From Candidatus Hydrogenedentota bacterium (GTDB lineage: Bacteria; Hydrogenedentota; Hydrogenedentia; Hydrogenedentales; JAEUWI01): a DNA stretch of 18,450 bases. Numbering within the stretch: position 1 is the stretch's first letter; each line of letters starts with the position of its first letter. The position numbers were made by a program, and so were the translations under genes. Under the pieces are notes generated by a model, which worked only from the letters and a program-made list of their open reading frames with translations, was not told the origin of the DNA and did not search any database. Where the stretch lies: contig JAXMOL010000082.1 of NCBI GenBank assembly GCA_034669905.1, positions 1-18,450 of the forward strand, in the 5' to 3' direction. Of this stretch, positions 1 to 7,728 are shown one piece after another.

Positions 1-126
1 GGCGTAAAGAAAAAAACTGAAAAACACAACCCTGGTACAGTTCCTCCCTCCTCCGGAGGAGGGAGGAACTGTATAAACAAGAGAGACCAGAAACATCAGC
101 CAATTGCAGAACTTGCGTTACACGAC
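1..126 (+). mobile_element. Probable right end of an insertion sequence (IS256-like), truncated by the window start
   Basis: 102-126 AATTGCAGAACTTGCGTTACACGAC resembles, from recall, IS256-family right termini (TTGCAGAACTTG...ACAC.AC). GCG TAA at 2-7 could be a transposase stop, followed by an A-rich tract and a long hairpin. No transposase body or partner IR is visible. Confidence 0.4.
36..73. repeat. Perfect 38-bp palindrome
   Basis: TACAGTTCCTCCCTCCTCC (36-54) is followed directly by its exact reverse complement GGAGGAGGGAGGAACTGTA (55-73). Confidence 0.95.
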
Positions 127-128
127 TA

Positions 129-178
129 CTCGCTACGCTCGCCGCTGGGCTACGATATGTCGCCCACTTCGTGGACTA
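129..178. repeat. Truncated REP-like element
   Basis: CTCGCTACGCTCGCCGCTGGGCTACGATATGTCGCCCACTTCGTGGACT has the 'tgggcta..a..tgtcgccc...' layout of common REP-like repeats and a small hairpin CCAC-TTC-GTGG (164-174). The arm that would pair with GCCGCTGGG is absent. Confidence 0.5.
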
Positions 179-357
179 AGCAATCCCTTTCGGGAGCTTT
201 TCTCCTACCACGTGCCCTGCCGATGCTTGCTGATGAGGTTTTGTTTCGCCTGGGTGGGATGTGCACCGCACAAAAAATCACATTCCCATGTCGCCAATTG
301 TCCCTTTGGGCTGTCTCTATACCATAATGACTATTGTGCCAGCAGGAGGGCGATGCC

Positions 358-3300
358 ATGTGGAAGAAAGAGACACCGACGGACGGGCGGGTGGTGGCGG
401 CGGTGTTGGGAGGGCAGGTGGAGCGCTTTGCGGTCCTGGTGGAGCGGTATCTGCCGGTGGCCCATGCCACGGCCTATGCCTACACCCGTAATCAGCATGA
501 CGCGGAGGATGTGGTTCAGGAGGCCTTTCTGAAGGCCTATCGCTCCCTCGCAAGCTTGCGCGATCCGAATAATGTGGGGGGCTGGCTCTGCGCCATCGTC
601 CGGAACCTGGCCCTCAACGCCGTGGCGAAGCGGAAGCGGGAGTCGACCATGCGCGACGCCCTCGAAAGGTTCCCGGCCACGGTGGCGGAGCCCGACGTGG
701 GGCGGCAGGAGATCCGGGAGCTTCTGCGCCGTCACATCGAAGGAATGGCGGAGGACGGGGCGGAGGTTTTGTTGCTTCACTATTACGCGGGGAAGAGCAC
801 GGGGGAAATTGCGGCGTTGGTGGGCATTTCTCGCCACGCGGCGAAAAAGCGGCTGGAGCGTGCGCGGAAGACGTTGAACGACAGTCTGTTGGCGGCGCTG
901 GCGGTGGGCCCGGAAGAGCAAGGGCGGGACAAGGTCCAACTGAAGCACATCATGGGGCTGGTTGCCGGGGCGGGTATGGGTGAACGGGCTGTGGCAGGTC
1001 AGGAAGGAATTCGAGGTGGCAAGAGCGGCGGAGTGTCGGGGGTGGCTCGGCTGGCGGCCTGGTGCGGTGCGGGCCTGGTGCTTGTCGGTGGGAGTACGTT
1101 TCTGTTGTTCGCGGGGATGGGTGATGGCGGAGGGAGCAAGGAGCCGGCGGTGGATAGGGCGGAGGTCACTGTGGGCGCGGTGGCATCGGGCGTTGGGGAC
1201 GGCGGGTTAGCTGTAAAAGCCGCTGACCCCGTCGTTGTTCCGCTAGAATCGGGTGGGCTGGAAGAAGGGGACGCCGTCCTGGCGAGCGCACCCATCGTGG
1301 CGGAAGGGGGCACCACGCGAATCTACGGCACGGTGGTCAATGAGGAAAGCGGGAAGGCGGTGGCTGACGAGGAACTGGAGCTCCACCTGGAATCGGTGGC
1401 GGAGGGTTATGAACGGCCGGAGCAAGGGATTTATGGCACGCGGACCGCAGAAGATGGCACTTTCGAGTTTGCCGAGCTAACGCCGGGCCGCTATGCCCTG
1501 AAAACGGGGAGCATGAAGGCCTACGTATCCCACCAGCGGCTGGAGTATCGCGGGAGTGTCGCTGCGGGCGAGTCCCTCCATTGGACGGTGCGTCTTTCTC
1601 AGGGGATTGCCATTCGCGGGCGGGTTGTGGACGCAGCGGGGGCCCCGCTGGCGAGCGTGGAAGTCCGTGGCCTGACGAATCAGGAGAATACCTATCGTCG
1701 GGGGACCTCGCTGGAGGATGGCACCTTCGTTATTCCCGGATTCAAGGGTGGCGGTAGCGGGTTCAAGGTGGACGCCGCCAAAAGGGGCTACGCCATGGCG
1801 CCCCAGACGGGCCTCATTGTATCCCCCGAGGGGTTGTCGGACTTAGAGCTTGTCATGGTGCCCGAGGCCGTTATTTCGGGCCGCGTTGTGGACGCGACGG
1901 GTGCGCCCGTGCCCGAGGCGGGGGTGTGGGTTGCCGCGGTGGCACCTGTGGCCGGTGAGATGACCTGGGACACGGCGGATGAACGTGGGGAGTTTGCCGT
2001 AAAGGCTTTGTATCCGTCGACCTATGTCCTCGGCCTCAAGGCGCCGGATGTGGAGACCTGGAGTCGGGACACGGAGATTATGCGCCTTGACGTGGCGGAA
2101 GGGAAGAAGCAGTCGGGATTGGAACTGACCCTTCAGGGCATGGGTGGCTTGAGCATCGAGGGGGTCGTGAAGAATGCGGTGTGGCCGGTGAGCAACACGA
2201 TGCTCTTTGTGGCGGGGAAGCATTTTAGTGTGGCGGAGGATGGTTCTTTCACGGTAATCGGGCTGGAGCCGGGGCCGTACCATTTAACGTTTCTGGAAGG
2301 TATGACGCCCGGCCGCAGCCTCTCTGTGCCCGATGTGGAAGCCGGCACGATGGGACTGGAGGTGGCCTTCGACGCGCTATCAGGAATTACCGGGGTCGTG
2401 GTGGACAAGGCGACGGGAGACCCCGTGACCCGTTTCGACATGACCACCGAGAAGGGCGTTCACGCGGAAATGACGGGCCACCACATGTGGCAACTCAAGG
2501 AGGAACGTTCCAGCGACGGCACCTTTGAATTGACGGACATGGCCACGCCCGCCATGACCCTCTTTGTCCGCGTGGCGGGCTATGCGCCGGCTATCGTGCC
2601 TGTGACGGATATTGTGCCGGGGGAGACCGTGACGGGCGTGGTGGTCGCCCTGGACCGGGGGCTAACCCTGAGCGGCACGGTGGTGGACCGGGAGGGCGCG
2701 CCGATTTCGGGCGCGGCGGTCTTCGATGGTCCCCTGCCCCAACAACAGATGTTCACCCACGCAGCCCGCGCCATCACGGACGGCGACGGGCACTTTGCCT
2801 TTCAGGTTTTGCCCGACGGGGAGCGGATTCTTTCGGCCTACCACGCCGACTACGCGCCCACCGAGATCGCCGTGGCGGGCAAGGCCGCGGCTCAAGGGGG
2901 GCTCAAGGTCGTGCTGACGAACGGCGGAACGATTCGTGGGGTGGCGGCCATGGACGGAATCAACTTGGGCGGGCGCACCGTTCTGCTGATGCGGAATGGC
3001 GTGGATATCAGCCGAACGACGCTCGATGAGGAGGGCAACTTCGAGTTGCCCCACGTGCCCACGGGCGAAGTGTCGGTGCGATTGGCCCTGGAGCGACTGG
3101 ACTCGCGGAAGAAATGCTGGTTTTATCTCGTGGGTCATCCCGTCGTCGGCGACGGGGCGACGGTAGAGATAGCCCTGTCTTCCGGGCTGGGCAACGGGGT
3201 CGTCGAGGGCACCGTATCGGGTCGGCGCGAGGACATCCGTTATCACGTGCGGCTGTCCATCGAAAGCGGCGGTGGCACGGATCTGGAAACGTCGACGACG

Positions 3301-3465
3301 TTGGATGAAGACGGCACCTTCTATTTCGATAACCTGCCTCCGGGGCCTGTCCGTGCGGAGCTTTCCGTACTTGATCGCGGCGGCTCCCCGGAAGTGTCGT
3401 GGGACTTCGACCTCGGGGTGCTTCCGGTGGATGGGGTGTTGAGGCCTACGTTGAGTCTGGACTGA
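358..3465 (+). CDS. ECF sigma-70 family RNA polymerase sigma factor fused to a transmembrane helix and about 8 carboxypeptidase-regulatory-like (beta-sandwich) repeats, 1035 aa
   Basis: Sigma2 region FAVLVERY...DAEDVVQEAFLKAY...GWLCAIVRN; sigma4 region LLLHYYAGKSTGEIAALVGISRHAAKKRLERARKTL; hydrophobic segment LAAWCGAGLVLVGGSTFLLFAGM; repeated IxGxVVDxxGxPV...T..DG.F units. RBS AGGAGG at 344-349 lies 8 nt before ATG 358. Confidence 0.93.
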   Translation: MWKKETPTDGRVVAAVLGGQVERFAVLVERYLPVAHATAYAYTRNQHDAEDVVQEAFLKAYRSLASLRDPNNVGGWLCAIVRNLALNAVAKRKRESTMRDALERFPATVAEPDVGRQEIRELLRRHIEGMAEDGAEVLLLHYYAGKSTGEIAALVGISRHAAKKRLERARKTLNDSLLAALAVGPEEQGRDKVQLKHIMGLVAGAGMGERAVAGQEGIRGGKSGGVSGVARLAAWCGAGLVLVGGSTFLLFAGMGDGGGSKEPAVDRAEVTVGAVASGVGDGGLAVKAADPVVVPLESGGLEEGDAVLASAPIVAEGGTTRIYGTVVNEESGKAVADEELELHLESVAEGYERPEQGIYGTRTAEDGTFEFAELTPGRYALKTGSMKAYVSHQRLEYRGSVAAGESLHWTVRLSQGIAIRGRVVDAAGAPLASVEVRGLTNQENTYRRGTSLEDGTFVIPGFKGGGSGFKVDAAKRGYAMAPQTGLIVSPEGLSDLELVMVPEAVISGRVVDATGAPVPEAGVWVAAVAPVAGEMTWDTADERGEFAVKALYPSTYVLGLKAPDVETWSRDTEIMRLDVAEGKKQSGLELTLQGMGGLSIEGVVKNAVWPVSNTMLFVAGKHFSVAEDGSFTVIGLEPGPYHLTFLEGMTPGRSLSVPDVEAGTMGLEVAFDALSGITGVVVDKATGDPVTRFDMTTEKGVHAEMTGHHMWQLKEERSSDGTFELTDMATPAMTLFVRVAGYAPAIVPVTDIVPGETVTGVVVALDRGLTLSGTVVDREGAPISGAAVFDGPLPQQQMFTHAARAITDGDGHFAFQVLPDGERILSAYHADYAPTEIAVAGKAAAQGGLKVVLTNGGTIRGVAAMDGINLGGRTVLLMRNGVDISRTTLDEEGNFELPHVPTGEVSVRLALERLDSRKKCWFYLVGHPVVGDGATVEIALSSGLGNGVVEGTVSGRREDIRYHVRLSIESGGGTDLETSTTLDEDGTFYFDNLPPGPVRAELSVLDRGGSPEVSWDFDLGVLPVDGVLRPTLSLD

Positions 3466-3610
3466 GTGGCTCTCAATTGTGCCCAGGACTTACGCTGATC
3501 CAGCACGGGCAAGTCCTACCGGACTTGACCGTGGTACCCGGAGTCTCAACTGGGTGACTAAGGGCTTCCTCGGGGAGGGATCGGGGCTCCGCTTTCAACA
3601 TACGATAATC

Positions 3611-3660
3611 GCTTGTGACGACGGTCCTCCGTTGTCACCCATGCCTTGCCGCTACTGCGG
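3611..3660 (-). repeat. REP-like repeat copy A (inverted)
   Basis: The reverse complement reads CCGCAGTAGCGGCAAGGCATGGGTGACAACGG-AGGA-CCGTCGTCACAAGC, the same layout as copies B-D. Confidence 0.75.
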
Positions 3661-3732
3661 CAATCCGCCACGGGCGGAAATTCAAACTCGTGAACTTGAA
3701 GCTCGCGGATAGCGCTACACACAAGCTCGGTC

Positions 3733-3784
3733 CCGCAGTAGCGGAACGGTAGGCATTGCTACGGGGGACCGTAGCAACGAGCGG
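3733..3784 (+). repeat. REP-like repeat copy B
   Basis: CCGCAGTAGCGGAACGGTAGGCATTGCTACGG-GGGA-CCGTAGCAACGAGCGG, with a perfect 9-bp stem. Confidence 0.85.
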
Positions 3785-3806
3785 GGATCTCGTTATTGTT
3801 CTTTCG

Positions 3807-3857
3807 CCGCAGGAGCGGCAAGGTAGGCATTCCCACGGGGACCGTGTGAACGAGCGG
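3807..3857 (+). repeat. REP-like repeat copy C
   Basis: CCGCAGGAGCGGCAAGGTAGGCATTCCCACGG-GGA-CCGTGTGAACGAGCGG. Confidence 0.85.
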
Positions 3858-3924
3858 TTTGCAGAAGTTAATCGTGGAGGCCCTTGACCCATAATTTTCC
3901 ATTTCAAGGCCTTCGCCTCGATAC

Positions 3925-3956
3925 AAAAAGACCCGCCAACGTATCGCTGGCGGGTC
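3925..3956 (-). terminator. Rho-independent terminator downstream of the oxidoreductase
   Basis: The - strand reads GACCCGCCAGCG-ATA-CGTTGGCGGGTC followed by TTTTT, starting 15 nt after the stop codon at 3972. Confidence 0.8.
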
Positions 3957-3971
3957 GTGTCGTAAGCGGGC

Positions 3972-5321
3972 TTACACGGTTTCAGGAATCACCCACGGGT
4001 CGCGGTATTTCGCCCGGAGTAGCTGGTTGGCTTCTGCGTGGTCGATGAATTCCTCTTTCTCGCCATCCCAACGCAGTTTCTGATTGCCCAGGCGGTTGGA
4101 GATGTTGGCGAGGTGGCAGAGGTTCATGGAATGGTGTCCGTCGGCCACGTCGGTCTTGGGGGTGGATCGGTCGCGAATACATTTGAAGAAATCGTCGAAG
4201 TGAAGGTCGATGATGCCGCCCCATTTGTATTCGGAGAGTTCCGACGCCACGGACTTGGAGGAGCGGGTTTTGCCGTCCCCTTCGAAGACTTCCCAGCCGC
4301 CGCCGTGACGGCCGAAATACATGATGCCCTGGGTGCCGAGCACTTCAATCTTGGTGGCGCTGAATTGCCAGTCGGGAAACTTGCTCTTGTCGGGCAGGTG
4401 GACGATGCGGTGGTTGTAGGGACACCAGAAGCCGCCCTCCATCAGCATGGTCACCTTGTCGAACTCGAAGGTGGAAAACTGGGTGTCGGGCTGTTCGCGG
4501 CCATCGTCGAAGCGGTACACGCCGCCCGCGCTGAACACGGAGTTGGGCGCCTTTTTCCCGATGAGGAGCCGGGCGATATCCACCTGGTGAATCAGGTCGC
4601 CGGTGAGGGCCCCGTTGTAGAAGTCCCAATGCTTCTGGAACCAACGGCCGGGGCGGTAGGGCAGCATGGGAGAGGGGCCGCACCAGAGGTCGTAGTCCAG
4701 GCCATCGGGGATGGGCTGTTCTTCGGCGGTGGGCTCGGGGCCGCCCGCCTGCATGAGATAGACGCGGGCCAGCATGACATCGCCCAGCTTGCCGCTCTCG
4801 ATGTAGTTGATGGCGGACTGGACATAGGGCGCGCTGCGGGTCTGCATCCCCACCTGGACCACCCGCTCATATTTACGTGCGGCGGCAATCATCTGCTGGC
4901 CGTCCCAGACGCTCATGGATTGGGGCTTCTCAACGTAGACATCCTTTCCGGCCTGACAGGCCATGATGGTGGCGAGGGCATGCCAGCGATCGGAGGTGGA
5001 GCAGATGAGGGCGTGGACCTCCGGGTCGTCGAGGATGGTGCGAAAATCCTGGACGAAGGTGGGCTTCTCGTCGAGGCCTTCCATGACAATTTCCGTGGCG
5101 GCACCGGCGGTGCGCGTATCGCAGTCACAGAGATATTTGATGTGGACGTCGTTCCGCTTAGCGAGGCTGGCCAACAGGGACTTACCCCGGCCACCGAGGC
5201 CCATGACGCCCACGATGATTTTGTCGTTGGCGGAGACGCCCGCCCCAGCCTGTAGGGCGGCCATGGTGGCGGCAGCGCCGAGGGAACTCTTCAGAAAGCT
5301 TCTGCGTTTCAGTGTACTCAT
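3972..5321 (-). CDS. Tat-exported Gfo/Idh/MocA family oxidoreductase, 449 aa
   Basis: Tat motif LKRRSFLK; Rossmann motif IIVGVMGLGGRG; AGKDVYVEKP; VQVGMQTRS; LDYDLWCGP; catalytic-type DLIHQVD. RBS GGAGG upstream of ATG 5321. Confidence 0.93.
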   Translation of the reverse strand: MSTLKRRSFLKSSLGAAATMAALQAGAGVSANDKIIVGVMGLGGRGKSLLASLAKRNDVHIKYLCDCDTRTAGAATEIVMEGLDEKPTFVQDFRTILDDPEVHALICSTSDRWHALATIMACQAGKDVYVEKPQSMSVWDGQQMIAAARKYERVVQVGMQTRSAPYVQSAINYIESGKLGDVMLARVYLMQAGGPEPTAEEQPIPDGLDYDLWCGPSPMLPYRPGRWFQKHWDFYNGALTGDLIHQVDIARLLIGKKAPNSVFSAGGVYRFDDGREQPDTQFSTFEFDKVTMLMEGGFWCPYNHRIVHLPDKSKFPDWQFSATKIEVLGTQGIMYFGRHGGGWEVFEGDGKTRSSKSVASELSEYKWGGIIDLHFDDFFKCIRDRSTPKTDVADGHHSMNLCHLANISNRLGNQKLRWDGEKEEFIDHAEANQLLRAKYRDPWVIPETV

Positions 5322-5378
5322 TACCCGATCCTCCAATCGTTGCCTTTGCACGGCCATGCGGCAAAGGGTAGTTTCCGG

Positions 5379-6515
5379 TCAGGGCAGCGCAGGCGGTCCG
5401 CTCACGCCACGAAAGCCCATAATAGAGCTTTCTTTATAGGGCAGCAGGGTGGCCCCCGATACGCCGTCGCACCCTTCGGGCACATCCAGCCAGGAACCGC
5501 CCCGGGTTACGCGATAGCCATCCAGTCCCGCGTGGTGCTGGGTGGTGTACCAGTCGATGGTCCACTCGTTGACGTTCCCCGCCAGGTCGCAGGCGCCATA
5601 GGGGCTGTTGAATTTCGCGAAACTTCCGACGGGCGCCACATTGGGGTAGCCATCCTCTTCGCTGTCGAAATTGCAGCGATAGATCCCCTCCGCATTGGGC
5701 ACTTCATCCCCCCAGGGATAGCGGCGTTCCGGCATGGGGTTGGGGACCGCCTTCGTTTCATCACCATCCAGGAAGAGGCCACCGCAGGTCGCCTTTTCCC
5801 ATTCCGCTTCCGTGGGCAGGCGTAAGCCGCACCAGCGGAGGAAACCCACCGCGTCGTACCACGAGACATAGGAGACGGGATAGTTTTCCCGGCCGGGCAC
5901 CACCGAATAGGTGCCGTCTTCGGCGCGGAGGATGCCACAACGTTTTTCATTGGCCATTTTTTCGTGATAGCCTGTGCCGTCTTGGCCCTCGGCATTCAGG
6001 TAGTCGGCATACATGGCGGTGGTCGTTTCGTACTTGGCGAGATAATAGGTCGGAAGGGTAGAACGGGCCGTCGTGTGACGGCCGGATTGATCGCGGCCCT
6101 GTCCGGGGAGACTCCGTAGCTTGAAGGCGCCCCCGGGCACGGCGACCATGGCCAGCGCCCGTACCTGCACTTCGAGGGCGTCTACGTCCTGGTGCACATT
6201 CTGGCTTGCGCCCCACCAGATAACTTTCTTGTGGCCCGATTCCTCCACGATTCCCGCACCATTGCCCCCGAGCAATTCGGCGGAAAGGAGCTTCCAGCGC
6301 TCTTCGTTGCCCATGCGGTAGTGGAGGAAGACATAGGCGGGGGAGGCCGGGCTGAGGTTTGGGGTTTCCAGGTCATACTCAATGACGATCTTGGGTCCCG
6401 CCAACTCGGTGGCCTCGTTCCAGACGTTGAGGTTGGTGGTGGGCAGCCAACTGGCGTGGGTGAGTGGACTAAACAGCAGGGTGGCCATCAGCAGGGTGGC
6501 CGCAATTCGAATCAT
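5379..6515 (-). CDS. Secreted FGE-sulfatase (SUMF1/EgtB/PvdO) domain protein with an N-terminal accessory domain, 378 aa
   Basis: Signal peptide MIRIAATLLMATLLFSPLTHA; motifs KYETT...Y..YLN, YPVSYVSWYDA, LRLPTEAEWEKA, RRYPWG, YGACDLAGNVNEW, RGGSW, MGFR. RBS AAGGAG before ATG 6515. Confidence 0.9.
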   Translation of the reverse strand: MIRIAATLLMATLLFSPLTHASWLPTTNLNVWNEATELAGPKIVIEYDLETPNLSPASPAYVFLHYRMGNEERWKLLSAELLGGNGAGIVEESGHKKVIWWGASQNVHQDVDALEVQVRALAMVAVPGGAFKLRSLPGQGRDQSGRHTTARSTLPTYYLAKYETTTAMYADYLNAEGQDGTGYHEKMANEKRCGILRAEDGTYSVVPGRENYPVSYVSWYDAVGFLRWCGLRLPTEAEWEKATCGGLFLDGDETKAVPNPMPERRYPWGDEVPNAEGIYRCNFDSEEDGYPNVAPVGSFAKFNSPYGACDLAGNVNEWTIDWYTTQHHAGLDGYRVTRGGSWLDVPEGCDGVSGATLLPYKESSIMGFRGVSGPPALP

Positions 6516-6530
6516 AGTGCTCTCCTTTAC

Positions 6531-6562
6531 CTTCGGAGGCGAAGTGCTTCCCCCGAAGCTAC
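6531..6562 (-). repeat. GTAG-type REP-like hairpin in the FGE gene leader
   Basis: The - strand reads GTAG-CTTCGGGGG-AAGCACTTCG-CCTCCGAAG, a GTAG tetranucleotide followed by an imperfect palindrome. Only one copy is present in the window. Confidence 0.4.
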
Positions 6563-6637
6563 CCTTCAGTGTGAAGATTTGGGGCGGGAAACGCAAGCTT
6601 GTGTCGGGAGTTTTTGGGGCGGTGAAAAAGAGGGGTG

Positions 6638-6729
6638 AACCACGAATGGACACGAATTTACACGAATGGGGTCGGTGGCGACCAGGGATAGAAATTTTCA
6701 CCAGGAAAGCCACGAAGTGCACGAAGAAG
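6638..6729 (+). repeat. Two short periodic triads of CACGAA (10-nt period, then 9-nt period)
   Basis: AAC-CACGAAT-GGA-CACGAAT-TTA-CACGAAT (6638-6667) and C-CAGGAA-AGC-CACGAA-GTG-CACGAA-GAAG (6701-6729). Confidence 0.8.
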
Positions 6730-6985
6730 AAAGAGAGATTGGGGGAAGCAGAGGACGGTGTCTAAGTCGGGGACGGTCACACGGCGGGGCGGGTATGGTG
6801 ATGCGTGGCTTTTATCTGGTAGGCTCGTAACAGGGTGGTAGGCCGTTTTCTGATCCCAATCTGCGGGAGGGGTTCGGAGGTGTGTACCGCGGCGTCCCGT
6901 TGAATAACTACCCGAAGCGAGGTGTAGTTCTCGGGTGGCGCTTGACTGTCCATATACTGTTTGTGGCACTGCAAGGGATTTTTCG

Positions 6986-7426
6986 ATGTCGGAAGAAGCC
7001 GTTATCATTATTTCGGTCACTGCGATAATTTTGGTCACCACAGTTTCTTGTTTTGCAATGTTTTTGGGGCTCTACTACCTGTATCGAAATGGAAAAGGGG
7101 TTACCTGTACAGATTCCAGTTTACTCGAGGCCAGCGAAGCCGATGTGCTGGAAAGATCTATGGTTGTCTTGCGGCGTGGCCAACGTACCTATCGATATGT
7201 GGACACGGTCGTCAGCGATGATGGGCGATGCATTGAAACAAGAATCCGACCGATGAGCTGGCCCTTGTTGCTTTCAACTGCGCTCAGAATCGAGTTGGAT
7301 TACAGCGATGGCATGACACGAATAACTGTTACAACCCAATCTCAGAAATACATCCGTGGGGATGCGTTTGGTTTCTATGTTGGGTATATTCAGGATTTTC
7401 TGGGGGCCGTTTCAGGACGCACATGA
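6986..7426 (+). CDS. Hypothetical membrane-anchored protein, 146 aa
   Basis: N-terminal hydrophobic helix AVIIISVTAIILVTTVSCFAMFLGLYYLY; AAGGGA upstream of ATG 6986; visibly AT-richer than flanking genes; no family recognised. Confidence 0.7.
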   Translation: MSEEAVIIISVTAIILVTTVSCFAMFLGLYYLYRNGKGVTCTDSSLLEASEADVLERSMVVLRRGQRTYRYVDTVVSDDGRCIETRIRPMSWPLLLSTALRIELDYSDGMTRITVTTQSQKYIRGDAFGFYVGYIQDFLGAVSGRT

Positions 7427-7548
7427 AGTGCGCGCACGGTTTGCTCATGCGGCTTTTCCGCTTGCTGTTAAGCAGGCCGTGGACGGTGTCTTCCATCCCG
7501 CTTCTCTGGGGGCGTATTGGTGAGCCTTACATAGTGTCGCTGGGTTCA

Positions 7549-7597
7549 CCGCAGGAGCGGTGGGGTATTCATTCCCACGGGGGACCGTGTGAACGAG
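7549..7597 (+). repeat. REP-like repeat copy D
   Basis: CCGCAGGAGCGGTGGGGTATTCATTCCCACGG-GGGA-CCGTGTGAACGAG, closely matching copy C at 3807-3857. Confidence 0.85.
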
Positions 7598-7728
7598 GTG
7601 CTTTTTTTCCGGTGTGGTGCAGTTCAGCGGGAAAGCGCTCTGCGGGAGGTGAAACACCCCGAAGGGGCAACATACGGAAACTTCAGCACGGGCCGTCGCA
7701 GGGTGATATTGTTCCTGATAGGTGGGTG

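Noticed and set aside
104..532. ORFs 104-532 and 3479-3712
   Set aside because: They translate through repeat elements or overlap the ECF gene, with no RBS or protein-like composition.
6638..6729. CRISPR array
   Set aside because: The units are 6-7 nt with 3-nt spacers, and there are no cas genes.
6942..6970. Sigma-70 promoter for the 6986 gene (TTGACT)
   Set aside because: No acceptable -10 hexamer at 16-18 nt spacing; TATACT is only 5 nt away.
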